A DNA stretch of 54,571 nt, from contig DASSXV010000027.1 in assembly GCA_035703635.1 (NCBI GenBank), positions 1 to 54,571 of the forward strand, given 5' to 3'. Both the position numbers and the translations under genes were made by a program. Under the pieces are notes generated by a model. It had not been told where the DNA came from. It was given only the letters and a program-made list of their open reading frames with translations, and did not search any database. Below, piece by piece: positions 29,772 through 39,417 of the stretch. How positions within the stretch are numbered: position 1 is the first letter of the stretch; every line of letters begins with the position of its first letter. This DNA comes from Trueperaceae bacterium (lineage in GTDB: Bacteria; Deinococcota; Deinococci; Deinococcales; Trueperaceae).

Positions 29772-31404
29772 CCTCTGGGGTGGCGGGCGCCTCCGGGTTT
29801 GGCAGCACGCTGCTGAGGTACTGGACGGGGCTCCGTAGGCCGGCGCCGGTGGCGGCCGTGTAACGCATGATCGGCTGCGCGAACGCCGTCAACGCCACGA
29901 GGAGCACGAGCAAGAGGGCAACAGGCAGTGCCTCGAACGGGCGCACGGCCGTTGGGGTGGTGTCCGCCCCGGCCCAGAACTGCTTGACGCCATGGCGCGT
30001 GAGCGCGATGAGCGCGGCGAAACCTGACGCCACGATCACCCCCAGCACCCACCAAGCGAGGGCGCCTGGCGCGTTGGCGTAGCCGTTCGCGCCGCTCGTG
30101 ATCACTGCGCTGAGCATGGCGAACTTGGCCACGAAGCCCGAGAGTGGCGGCAGTCCAGTGAGCTGAATGGCGATGAGGAAGAACGCGGTGCTCAACAGTG
30201 TGGTCGTCAGCGGCAGGGTTACGCCGCGCTCGACGCCCTCGAACTCGCTGGCCAACGCCGTCTCGAAGTCGTCTGAGAACACGGGCCCAACGGCAGCGGG
30301 CGCCTCGGCGTGACCGCGGCTAACGAGCTCGCACAGTAGGAACAGCACCCCGATGCCGAGTGTCGAGCCGACGAGGTAGTAGAGGGCGCCGGATATCACC
30401 GCGACGTCGCCGCTAGCGATGACGGCGAGTAGCGTGCCTGACGAGACCAGCGTGAGGTAGCCGGCGGCTCGCGGCAGCTCTGTGCTGGCGATGACGCCGA
30501 AGCTGCCGTAGATGACGGTCGCCAACCCGAGGTAGAGGAGCCAGGAACTGCCGTAGAACTCTAGCGCCTGCCCGGCGGGCCACAGGAGAGTGGCGAGGCG
30601 CAGTATCACGTAGACGCCGACTTTGGTCATGACGGCGAAGATGGCCGCGACGGGTGCTGCGGCGGCCGAGTATGTAGTTGGCAGCCAGAACGAGAGCGGC
30701 CACGCGCCGGACTTCACGAAGAAAGCAACGCCCAACAGCCCGAGACCCGCCTTGAGCAGGCTGAGGTCCGCCGGGCCGAGCAGCGTGGCCTGCACGGCGA
30801 TGTCGGCCATGTTGAGGGTGCCGAGGAGCGCGTAGACGACGGCGATGCCTACGAGGAACGCGAGCGAGCCGGTCAGGTTGATGGCGACGTAGTGCAGGCC
30901 GGCCTTGACGCGCCGCTTGCCAGAGCCGTGCAGCAGCAAGCCGTAAGACGCCGCGAGTAGCACCTCGAAGAACACGTAGAGGTTGAACAGGTCCCCCGTC
31001 AGGAAGGCGCCGGATAACCCCATGAGTAGTAGGAGGTAGAGCGTGTGGAAACGTGGGCCAAGGGTAGCCCAGCGGCCGAGCGCGTACGCCATCGCGGTGG
31101 CGCCAAGCACGTTGGTGACCAACACCATCAGCACGCTGAGGCGGTCGGCGACGAGCACGATGCCGAACGGCGCACCCCAATCGCCGAGCCGGTAGACGAC
31201 TACCTCAGAGGTGAGGGGGTCGTTGACGGTGAGCAGCAGTGAGGTGGCGGCCGCCACTGACGCGGCGGCGGCGAGGATGCTGATGATGCCCTTCGCCCGG
31301 CGCTGGCGTTCGTGCAGCAACAACATGGTGGCGCCAGCCACTAGCGGCAGCAGGATGGGCAGGATGGTCAGGTGTTGCCCGAGGCTCTCAAGCAGGCCGG
31401 TCAC
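29761..31404 (-). CDS. mrpD: Mrp/Pha antiporter subunit D
   Basis: TGDLFNLYVFFEV, WLPTTY, MTKVGVY, GLPPLSGFVAK. Confidence 0.92.
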   Translation of the reverse strand: MTGLLESLGQHLTILPILLPLVAGATMLLLHERQRRAKGIISILAAAASVAAATSLLLTVNDPLTSEVVVYRLGDWGAPFGIVLVADRLSVLMVLVTNVLGATAMAYALGRWATLGPRFHTLYLLLLMGLSGAFLTGDLFNLYVFFEVLLAASYGLLLHGSGKRRVKAGLHYVAINLTGSLAFLVGIAVVYALLGTLNMADIAVQATLLGPADLSLLKAGLGLLGVAFFVKSGAWPLSFWLPTTYSAAAAPVAAIFAVMTKVGVYVILRLATLLWPAGQALEFYGSSWLLYLGLATVIYGSFGVIASTELPRAAGYLTLVSSGTLLAVIASGDVAVISGALYYLVGSTLGIGVLFLLCELVSRGHAEAPAAVGPVFSDDFETALASEFEGVERGVTLPLTTTLLSTAFFLIAIQLTGLPPLSGFVAKFAMLSAVITSGANGYANAPGALAWWVLGVIVASGFAALIALTRHGVKQFWAGADTTPTAVRPFEALPVALLLVLLVALTAFAQPIMRYTAATGAGLRSPVQYLSSVLPNPEAPATPEGEH

Positions 31405-31739
31405 GGTGGTGCCTCCTCGCCGTCGACGTGGTCGGTGCCGGTCAGGCCGCGCGCGGCCAAAAGGATCACGAGGAAGAGGGCCGTCATGGAGAAGCTGATG
31501 ACGATGGACGTGAGCACTAACGACTGCGGGAGCGGGTCGGCGAACTTGCTTACGTCTGCGCCCTCCGCGAGCACGGGGGCGCCGCCGATAACGAGACTGC
31601 CCATGCTAAGGATGAACAAGTTGACGGCGTAAGTCAGCAACGACATCCCGATGATCACCTGGAACGTGCGCGGGCGGAGAACGAGGTAGACGCCTGCTGC
31701 CGTTAGCACGCCGATGCCCAGGGCAAGTACGACTTCCAT
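31401..31739 (-). CDS. mrpC: Mrp/Pha antiporter subunit C
   Basis: DPLPQSLVLTSIVI. Confidence 0.92.
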   Translation of the reverse strand: MEVVLALGIGVLTAAGVYLVLRPRTFQVIIGMSLLTYAVNLFILSMGSLVIGGAPVLAEGADVSKFADPLPQSLVLTSIVISFSMTALFLVILLAARGLTGTDHVDGEEAPP

Positions 31740-34729
31740 CAGCCGACCCCTTCGGCGTCGGCGCCGGGCTTCGCTGCTGGCGCGTCGCTCGTTGCGCCCG
31801 CGAGCTCCTCGGCGGTTGGCGCTTGGCGGGCGCTGCGGATGGACTGGTGGGCTAAGGCGATGAGCATGAGGATGGTGGCGCCGATGACGAGGGCGAACAC
31901 GCCGAGGTCGAAGAGCGCAGCTGAGGCTAGCGGCACGCTGCCGAGCACCGGAAGCTCGACCGTTTCATGCGCCGAGGTCAGGAACGGCCTGCCGAAGAAC
32001 CAGGAGCCGGCGCCGGTGGCGACGGCCAGTAGAAGGCCAAGGCCGATCCAACGCAGCGGCAGGACGCGGAGACGCTCCTCGACCCAGCGCGTGCCGCGCG
32101 CCATGTACTGCAAGATGAACGCGATGGCCATGGTGATCCCCGCCGCGAAGCCGCCCCCAGGATGGTCGTGGCCGCGCAAGAACAAGTGCAGAGCGAAGAG
32201 CGTGACGATGGGGAAGAGCAAGTGCATGACGATGCGCGGCACGAACAGGTAATCGGTTGCCGTGTCGCCGACGCTGCGCCCGCTCAGGGCCTCGTCGTAT
32301 GCGTCCTGCCGCTGCTGCTGCCTCGTGCTGCCCACGACTTCGCGCGCGGGCCTGAAGCGCCTTAGCAGCGCGAACACCGTGAGGGCGACGATGCCGAGCA
32401 CGGTTATCTCGCCCAAGGTGTCGAAGCCGCGGAAGTCGACGAGGATGACGTTGACGATGTTGTGCCCGCCGCCGCCGCTTAACGCGTTGGTGACGAAGAA
32501 CTCCGAGATGCCGCTCACGTTCGGGCGCGTCATGGCGGCCAGCGCGAGGACGGCCATGCCAGCGCCTGCAACTAGCGCGAGCGCCAGGTCGCGGCCGCGC
32601 CTCAAGTTGGCGCGGGTGCGCACGGCGCGGTCCGTTACGGATAGCGCCGAGCGCCGCGGGAGCCAGCGCAGGCCGAGGAGGAGCAGGACGGTCGTCACGA
32701 TCTCGACGAGGAGCTGCGTCACCGCCAGGTCTGGCGCCGACAGCCACACGAACGTGGCGCACACGACCAACCCCGCGGCGCTCGTGAAGATGAGGGAGGC
32801 AACACGGTGGAACTTCGCCAGGTAGGCGGCTCCAACCGCGAAGACGACGCCGAACAGCCACAGTACGAGGAACGACCAGGAGACCGGCGTCAGCGGCGAG
32901 GGTCCGAGCGTGAGGGGCGAGCCTTGCCTCGTGATGGCCTGGTAAACGAACGGCGCTGCGCCAGCCGCCGCGGCAGCGGTTACGACGAGGAAGAGTTGCG
33001 GCTGCAGCCTGACGGTGCCGAAGAAGCGCACGATGGCGGCGGAGGCGAGCTCGAGCGAGGCCATGACGTCGTTGAAGGTGCGGCGGCCGCGCACGCGCCC
33101 GGCCCACGGGCGGTCGGTGCTGGTGCGGTTGGCGAGGCGGTGGTAGAGCGCTATGTAGAGGCCGAAGCCAAGCGCCATCGCGACGAGTGAGAGGAGGAAC
33201 GCGGGCGTGAAGCCGTGCCACAGCTCGAGCTGGACGTTCGGCGTTTCTGCGCCCAGCACGGCCAACGCGCCGGACTTCAGCATCGGGCCGACGGAGGCGG
33301 CCGGGATGATGCCGACGACGAGGCAGATGGCGACGAGCAACTCGACGGGCAGGCGCATCCAGGAGACTGGTTCGTGCGGTTTGCGCGGCAGGTCGGTGGC
33401 TTCCGGCCCGAAGAAGACCTGGTGGATGAACCTCACGGAGTAGAGGACGCCGAAGGCGCTGCCGAGGGTGGCAAGGAGCGGCAGGAGCCGGTCGAGCAGC
33501 GAGCCAGTGTGGAACTCGAACGTCTCGCTGAGGAACATCTCCTTGGAGATGAAGCCGTTGAGGAGCGGCACCCCGGCCATCGCCGCGGCGGCCACTATCG
33601 CGAGCGTGCCCGTCAGCGGCATGTGTTTGAAGAGGCCGCTGAGGCGCCTGACGTCGCGGGTGCCGGTCTCGTGGTCGATGATGCCAGCGGCCATGAACAG
33701 CGAGGCCTTGAAGGTGGCGTGGTTGAGGGTGTGGAAGATGGCCGCCACGGCCGCGGCCGGCGTCGAGAGCCCAAGTAGCAGGGTGATGAGCCCTAAGTGG
33801 CTGATGGTCGAGTAAGCCAATATGCCCTTGAGGTCGTTCTGGAACACCGCTACCGCGCCGCCGAGGAGGAAGGTGATGAGGCCGGCGAGGCTGACGGTGT
33901 AGTACCAACCGTCGTGGCCGGAAAGGACGGGCCACAGGCGGATCATGAGGTAGATGCCGGCTTTCACCATGGTGGCGGAGTGCAAGTAGGCCGAGACTGG
34001 GGTTGGGGCCGCCATGGCGTGGGGCAGCCAGAACTGCAGCGGGAACTGGGCGCTCTTCGCGAACGCCCCTGCCAGCACGCACAGGATCGCTGGCGTTAGC
34101 AGGGGGCTGGCCGTGAGCGCGTCGCGGCTGGCCAGCACCGTGCTCAGCTCGAAGCTGCCGACGATGTGGCCGATGATGATGGCGCCGATGAGCAGCAGGA
34201 AACCGCCGAAGCCCGTGACGGTAAGGGCCATGCGGGCGCCGTCGCGCGCGTTCTCGTTGTGGTGCCAGTAACCGATGAGCAGGAAAGAGAGCAGGCTCGT
34301 CAGCTCCCAGAAGATGACGAGCTGGATCAGGTTCCCAGACAACACGAGGCCGAGCATGGCCCCCATGAACGCTAGCAAGTAGGAGAAGAAGCGCGGCACG
34401 GGGTCATCCGCCGCCATGTAGTAGCGCGCGTAGAGCACGACCAGGGCGCCGATGCCTGCCACGAGCAGAACGAACAGCCAACTCAGGCCGTCCAGCCGCC
34501 AGGTGAGCCGCAGCCCGATGTCCGGCAGCCACGCCCAGCTTCCCTCGATGACCTTGCCGTCCGTAACGCCGCGGTAAAGCCACGCCGCGATGCCAACACC
34601 GGCCAAGGCCGTGGCGCCTGCAAGCCCGGCCGCCGCGTTGCGCGCATCGCGTGGCAACAGGAGCACTACTCCACTGACGAGGAACGGCAGCAGCGCTAGC
34701 GCGGGGACGAGTGTCGTTTCTAAATCCAT
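31739..34729 (-). CDS. mrpA: Mrp/Pha antiporter subunit A fused to B (group 2)
   Basis: FWELTS, KSAQFP, APTPVSAYLHSATMVKAG, DFRGFDTLGE, and MrpB-like GHDHPGGGF in one 996-aa chain. Confidence 0.93.
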   Translation of the reverse strand: MDLETTLVPALALLPFLVSGVVLLLPRDARNAAAGLAGATALAGVGIAAWLYRGVTDGKVIEGSWAWLPDIGLRLTWRLDGLSWLFVLLVAGIGALVVLYARYYMAADDPVPRFFSYLLAFMGAMLGLVLSGNLIQLVIFWELTSLLSFLLIGYWHHNENARDGARMALTVTGFGGFLLLIGAIIIGHIVGSFELSTVLASRDALTASPLLTPAILCVLAGAFAKSAQFPLQFWLPHAMAAPTPVSAYLHSATMVKAGIYLMIRLWPVLSGHDGWYYTVSLAGLITFLLGGAVAVFQNDLKGILAYSTISHLGLITLLLGLSTPAAAVAAIFHTLNHATFKASLFMAAGIIDHETGTRDVRRLSGLFKHMPLTGTLAIVAAAAMAGVPLLNGFISKEMFLSETFEFHTGSLLDRLLPLLATLGSAFGVLYSVRFIHQVFFGPEATDLPRKPHEPVSWMRLPVELLVAICLVVGIIPAASVGPMLKSGALAVLGAETPNVQLELWHGFTPAFLLSLVAMALGFGLYIALYHRLANRTSTDRPWAGRVRGRRTFNDVMASLELASAAIVRFFGTVRLQPQLFLVVTAAAAAGAAPFVYQAITRQGSPLTLGPSPLTPVSWSFLVLWLFGVVFAVGAAYLAKFHRVASLIFTSAAGLVVCATFVWLSAPDLAVTQLLVEIVTTVLLLLGLRWLPRRSALSVTDRAVRTRANLRRGRDLALALVAGAGMAVLALAAMTRPNVSGISEFFVTNALSGGGGHNIVNVILVDFRGFDTLGEITVLGIVALTVFALLRRFRPAREVVGSTRQQQRQDAYDEALSGRSVGDTATDYLFVPRIVMHLLFPIVTLFALHLFLRGHDHPGGGFAAGITMAIAFILQYMARGTRWVEERLRVLPLRWIGLGLLLAVATGAGSWFFGRPFLTSAHETVELPVLGSVPLASAALFDLGVFALVIGATILMLIALAHQSIRSARQAPTAEELAGATSDAPAAKPGADAEGVG

Positions 34730-34844
34730 CAGATCTGGTCGATCAGGGGCCCTGAGCAGGCGTTGCGACGCTCCATTCTAAAGTGCGCTGCCCGGCATCA
34801 TGTAACGAGTCTCGTGGCGAGGGAGGGTGGTATGTGTGAGCGCC

Positions 34845-36335
34845 ATGTTCTCGCCCGCGAAAGAGTTGCTCGCCACGCTCTCCGACCTGGCTGAAACCAC
34901 GAGGACCACCGCTTGCGCGCCTGGCCTCGGCCTCAGCGTCTTCACGGCTGACGACGTGTTGTTGGAGCGAGGTTTCGGCGCTCGCGACCGCGAGGCTGGC
35001 CTGCCTGTTACCCCAGAGACGATCTTCGGGGTGGCTAGCATCACGAAGTCGTTCACTGCGCTGACTACCCTGACGCTGCAGGAGCGTGACGAGTTGCGCT
35101 TGGCGGACGGCGTGCGGCGCTACTTCGACTTCGGGCCGCTCTGGGCCGAGGGTGCGGTGCCGCGCGTGGAGCACTTCCTCAGCCACTCGAGCGGCCTGCC
35201 GCCTACGCCGAGCATGACCTGGCTGCGTTACGCCAGCCAGGTCGACGACCACGTGGCGGCTCGGCCGACGTTGGAGGAAGCGAAACTCACGCTAGTACCG
35301 GGCGTCATGGGCATGCAGCCCGGCCGCTTGACTTTGGCAAGGCTTGACGCCGCAGCTAAAGCGCTTGAGGACGAGGAGGCGCGTCTGCGCCTGACGGCCT
35401 TGGCCGCTGACGTCGCGGACTTCGAGGGCCTAGCTGCTTGGTTGGGCGAGAACGCTGCGCCCCTCGCCGAACCTGGTGAACTGTACTCGTACAGCAACGA
35501 TGCTTTCTGCTTGGTCGGCGGGATGATAGGGCGTGTGACGGGCGGCGCGTTCGCCGACGCTGTTGCGCGCGAGGTGCTCGCGCCGCTCGGCATGCGCCGC
35601 TCGGGCTTCGACACCGCCAGCGTCATGGCGGATGCCGATCACTCCACGCTTTACACGCGCGACGCGGAGGGCGCCGTGCTGCGCTCCCCGGCTTGGCAAA
35701 CGACGGGCGTCATGCAGGGCGGCGGCATGCTCAAGAGCACGCTGGCTGACCTGCGCACTTACGTGCGCCACCTCATGCGCGGCGGTCCTCACGTGCGCGC
35801 CATGACGGAGGCGCGCGTGACTAGCGCACCAGGCGCGGCTTACGGCCTCGGACTGGCGATCATCGAGGATTATCACGGTCTGCGAGTCGTGAAGCATGGC
35901 GGCAGCTTGAAGGGCGTGTCCAGCGCCATCGGCTTCGTTCCCGAACTCGGGGTGGGCGTCGTGGTGCTCTGCAACCTAGACGGTGTGCCAGCCGAGCAGC
36001 TACTCATGCGCGTGGTGAACGCCTGCGCTGGCTTGCCGCTTACTGCCGCGGTTTACGACCCCGAGCCGATCACGCCCGCGTTGAGCGACGTGAAGGCGGT
36101 TCTCGGTGATTACCTCTCCGGCGAGCCGTACGGTCGCCTGCGCCTCTACTTGGGAGCGGCCGGTGACTTGCGCGCCGGGGTCGGCTGGCCGGAGGTGGAC
36201 GTGCCCGCGTTCTTCGCTGGCCGCGACGAGGTGGCGCTGGCCTACCCGGACAGCAGGACGGCGGTCACCTTGTTGCGAGACGGTCACGGCGCGGTGTGGG
36301 GCGCGCGATCTGGGCGCGTGATGCTGCGGTTGTAG
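34845..36335 (+). CDS. Beta-lactamase-family serine hydrolase (S12-like)
   Basis: ASITKSF (SxxK), LSHSSGL, YSYSN (YxN), KHGG; start uncertain. Confidence 0.85.
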   Translation: MFSPAKELLATLSDLAETTRTTACAPGLGLSVFTADDVLLERGFGARDREAGLPVTPETIFGVASITKSFTALTTLTLQERDELRLADGVRRYFDFGPLWAEGAVPRVEHFLSHSSGLPPTPSMTWLRYASQVDDHVAARPTLEEAKLTLVPGVMGMQPGRLTLARLDAAAKALEDEEARLRLTALAADVADFEGLAAWLGENAAPLAEPGELYSYSNDAFCLVGGMIGRVTGGAFADAVAREVLAPLGMRRSGFDTASVMADADHSTLYTRDAEGAVLRSPAWQTTGVMQGGGMLKSTLADLRTYVRHLMRGGPHVRAMTEARVTSAPGAAYGLGLAIIEDYHGLRVVKHGGSLKGVSSAIGFVPELGVGVVVLCNLDGVPAEQLLMRVVNACAGLPLTAAVYDPEPITPALSDVKAVLGDYLSGEPYGRLRLYLGAAGDLRAGVGWPEVDVPAFFAGRDEVALAYPDSRTAVTLLRDGHGAVWGARSGRVMLRL

Positions 36336-36352
36336 ACGAGGGCAGAGCTCGG

Positions 36353-36952
36353 CTACGGCTCCGCTGGCGCGTTGCTGGTCGGCTGGGGCTGGTCGAAATG
36401 GGTTTGCGGCGACGAGAGTTCCGCCGCCATGTCATCCAAGAACCGGATCACGACCTCGCGCTCGGCGGGGGTGAGGCGGGCGGCGGCGAGGAAGCGCCGC
36501 GCGTGCTGGCGCCCGACGGTGTTGGTGGCCGCCTCGCGCGTGGCTGGCGTGATGCTGATGGAGAGGGCGCGGCGGTCGCTCGGGTGCGGCGCACGGGTTA
36601 CGTGTCCGGAGCGTTCCAGGCGGTCGAGGAGCTTGGTGGTCGAGGCCGTAGTAATACCCAAGTGTGCAGCGATGCCGCCTGCGGTGGCGATGACGCCTTG
36701 GTTGGCGCACACAATCAGGTAGTGCAGCGCGCGCATGTCGGTGTCGTTGAGCTTCATGTACTTGAGCGACGCCTCCGACAGCTGGCGCTCCGCGTCACGG
36801 AGCTTGCCGAGGGCGATCATGACGCGGTTGATCTGCTCGACGTCTAGACCGGCCAACCCGCTGCGGTCGATCAGGCGGCCTTCCGGGTCGTTGGCGTCGA
36901 GGCGGTAGATGTCAGGTTGGGAGGCAAGCTGCGACTTCTCGACCTCACCCAT
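36353..36952 (-). CDS. MarR-family transcriptional regulator
   Basis: DMRALHYL, ASTTKLLDRLERSGHVTR...DRRAL; TACTAT 6 nt upstream of ATG 36952. Confidence 0.9.
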   Translation of the reverse strand: MGEVEKSQLASQPDIYRLDANDPEGRLIDRSGLAGLDVEQINRVMIALGKLRDAERQLSEASLKYMKLNDTDMRALHYLIVCANQGVIATAGGIAAHLGITTASTTKLLDRLERSGHVTRAPHPSDRRALSISITPATREAATNTVGRQHARRFLAAARLTPAEREVVIRFLDDMAAELSSPQTHFDQPQPTSNAPAEP

Positions 36953-37087
36953 GCCGTCATAGTACGCCACACGTTCGTCATGCTAGGCTGGCTGCTAGCC
37001 AAGCTAGTGATAGTCTGGCCGAGAGATGGGCGACCGTAATGCGACCCCGCGCCGGGCCGTGCGCTTGCCGCCCGGGAGGCAGCCGAC

Positions 37088-39352
37088 ATGTCAAGCAAGC
37101 GCAGCGAAACCAACGCACAAGCTCCTGTAAACAAGGGCCAGCCTTCAGCCAACAACCGCGCACGCCACTGGCTTAGGACGTTGCTGCCGGCCTTGTTGGT
37201 GCTGGCCTGGCTGGTGGCCGCCGGCATCGGGGGGCCGTACTTCGGTCGCGTTGGCGAGGTCTCTTCGAACGACCAGACGAGCTACCTCCCCGACTCCGCT
37301 GACGCCACCAAGGTCCAGAAGCTCCTCGGCGCCTTCAACGGCGCGAGCGAGCTGCCTGCCGTCATAGTGTTCGTCGGGCAGTCGGAGCTTAGCGCCGAGC
37401 AGCGCGGCGTGGTCGAGGCGGCGTTGGAGTCGCTCCGAGAGGTGGAGGGCGTCGGCGCCGTGTCGCCAGCGATCCCGTCGCAGGACGGCATGGCGCTGCA
37501 GGCGTTCGCCGCGCTGCGCTCGGGCGACGGTGTATCAGACTCCGTGGAGCTGCTGACCGCCAAGCTGGCAGCGGCCGTGCCGCCTGGCATCCAGGCCTAC
37601 GTCACGGGGCCAGCCGGGTTCATAGCCGACCTAGTGAAAGGCTTCGCTGGCATCGACGGGCTCCTGCTAGTCGTGGCGCTCGTGGCGGTGTTCGTCATCC
37701 TCATCCTCGTCTACCGCTCGTTTCTGCTGCCCGTTGCCGTGTTGCTCACCAGCCTGTCGGCCCTCACTGTGGCGCTGCTCACCGTGTGGTGGCTGGCCAA
37801 AACTGGTGTCCTGCTGCTGAGCGGCCAGACGCAGGGCATCTTGTTCATCCTCGTGATCGGGGCCGCCACCGACTACTCGCTGCTCTACGTGTCGCGCTAC
37901 CGCGAGGCGCTGCGCGTGGAGCAAGACCGCTGGGCTGCAAGCCGGCGCGCCCTCCGAGGTGCGTTCGAGCCCATCGTCGCGTCGGGTTCCACCGTGATCG
38001 CTGGCTTGATGTGCTTGCTCCTCAGCGACCTGCGCTCGAACAGCACGCTTGGGCCCGTGGCTTCCGTTGGCATCGTGTTCGCCATGCTGGCGGCGCTCAC
38101 GCTGCTGCCTTCCCTGCTGTTCGCGTTCGGACGCAACGCCTTCTGGCCCCGGCGCCCCAAGTACGAACCGGAGGTGGTGGCGGCCGAGCACGGCCTGGCG
38201 CTCCACGGCGGTTGGCGCTGGCTAGCGCGCTTGATCGAGACGCGGCCGCGCCAGATCTGGCTGCTGACTACTGCTGTGCTGGCGCTCCTCGCCCTGGCCG
38301 CCACGCAGTTGAAAGCTGATGGGGTGCCGCAGTCCGACTTGGTGCTCGGCGCCTCGCAGGCCCGTGCTGGTCAGGTAGCCCTCGGCAAGCATTTCCCTGG
38401 AGGCTCGGGCAGTCCCGTGATGGTAGTCGTGCCCGAGGCGCGCCTGCAGCCCGCCGCCGACGTGCTCCTCGGCCACGCTGGCATTACGGGGGTGAGCGTC
38501 AAGACCGCGGCCTCGCTGAGCGGCACGGCGCCCGTGAGCGCCGCCGGCGTTTCCGCCTTCGGTCCACCGGGAACCCCGGCCCCCGCCCCGACCGTGGTGG
38601 ACGGCCAGGTGCTCCTCCAGGGCACGCTAGACAGCGCCGCCGACTCGGACGCCGCCGCCCTCACCGTCCGCGACCTGCGCCGCGAACTGACCGCGGTTAC
38701 TGGTGCGCTGGTGGGCGGCGTGACCGCCACCGCCATCGACACCAACGACGCCTCGATCCACGACCGCAACCTGATCATCCCGGTCGTGCTGGCAGTGATC
38801 CTCGTGATCCTCATGCTGCTGCTGCGCGCCGTGGTGGCGCCGGTGCTGCTCATGCTCAGCACCATGCTCTCGTTCCTTAGCGCGCTTGGTGTGGCGGCGC
38901 TCGTGTTCAACGGCGTCTTCCACTTCCCTGGCGCAGACCCGGCCGTGCCGCTTTACGGCTTCGTGTTCCTCGTCGCCCTCGGTATCGACTACAACATCTT
39001 CCTCATGACGCGCGTGCGTGAGGAGGCGTTACAGCACGGCACCCGCGAGGGCATCGTCAGGGGCCTCGCGGTCACTGGCGGGGTCATCACTTCGGCGGGT
39101 CTCGTGCTGGCGGCCACCTTCGCTGCGCTCGGCGTGATCCCGATCTTGTTCCTCGCGCAGATAGCCTTCATCGTGGCGTTCGGCGTGCTGCTCGACACCT
39201 TCGTCGTGCGCTCCCTGCTCGTGCCGGCGCTTACCTACGATATCGGGCGCGCGATCTGGTGGCCGTCGAAACTGGCGGCCACGTCCAGCGCCGCCGCGCC
39301 GGCGTCCACGGCGGCTCAGAAAGAACTGGAGGGCCGTGCCGGGCGAGACTAG
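37088..39352 (+). CDS. MMPL-family (RND superfamily) transporter
   Basis: VTGPAG, GAATDYSLL, ALGIDYNIFL, GGVITSAG, LDTFVVRSLLVPAL; two repeated halves. Confidence 0.92.
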   Translation: MSSKRSETNAQAPVNKGQPSANNRARHWLRTLLPALLVLAWLVAAGIGGPYFGRVGEVSSNDQTSYLPDSADATKVQKLLGAFNGASELPAVIVFVGQSELSAEQRGVVEAALESLREVEGVGAVSPAIPSQDGMALQAFAALRSGDGVSDSVELLTAKLAAAVPPGIQAYVTGPAGFIADLVKGFAGIDGLLLVVALVAVFVILILVYRSFLLPVAVLLTSLSALTVALLTVWWLAKTGVLLLSGQTQGILFILVIGAATDYSLLYVSRYREALRVEQDRWAASRRALRGAFEPIVASGSTVIAGLMCLLLSDLRSNSTLGPVASVGIVFAMLAALTLLPSLLFAFGRNAFWPRRPKYEPEVVAAEHGLALHGGWRWLARLIETRPRQIWLLTTAVLALLALAATQLKADGVPQSDLVLGASQARAGQVALGKHFPGGSGSPVMVVVPEARLQPAADVLLGHAGITGVSVKTAASLSGTAPVSAAGVSAFGPPGTPAPAPTVVDGQVLLQGTLDSAADSDAAALTVRDLRRELTAVTGALVGGVTATAIDTNDASIHDRNLIIPVVLAVILVILMLLLRAVVAPVLLMLSTMLSFLSALGVAALVFNGVFHFPGADPAVPLYGFVFLVALGIDYNIFLMTRVREEALQHGTREGIVRGLAVTGGVITSAGLVLAATFAALGVIPILFLAQIAFIVAFGVLLDTFVVRSLLVPALTYDIGRAIWWPSKLAATSSAAAPASTAAQKELEGRAGRD

Positions 39353-39417
39353 GAACCCCTAGGCTCAGCCCGACACCGCCGGAGCCGTCTACGGGCGGAG
39401 CGCTGGAGCAGCCGAAC

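Noticed and set aside
31965-34082. 705-aa alternative-frame ORF inside mrpA, and similar long Arg/Pro-rich shadow ORFs (17849-18895, 49552-50457, 51879-52928)
   Set aside because: These are typical high-GC off-frame or antisense ORFs that fully overlap well-supported genes and have no motifs.
34845-36335. Antibiotic-resistance beta-lactamase call for either serine hydrolase
   Set aside because: Neither has a signal peptide, and motifs and context fit peptidase/amidase/esterase members of the fold.
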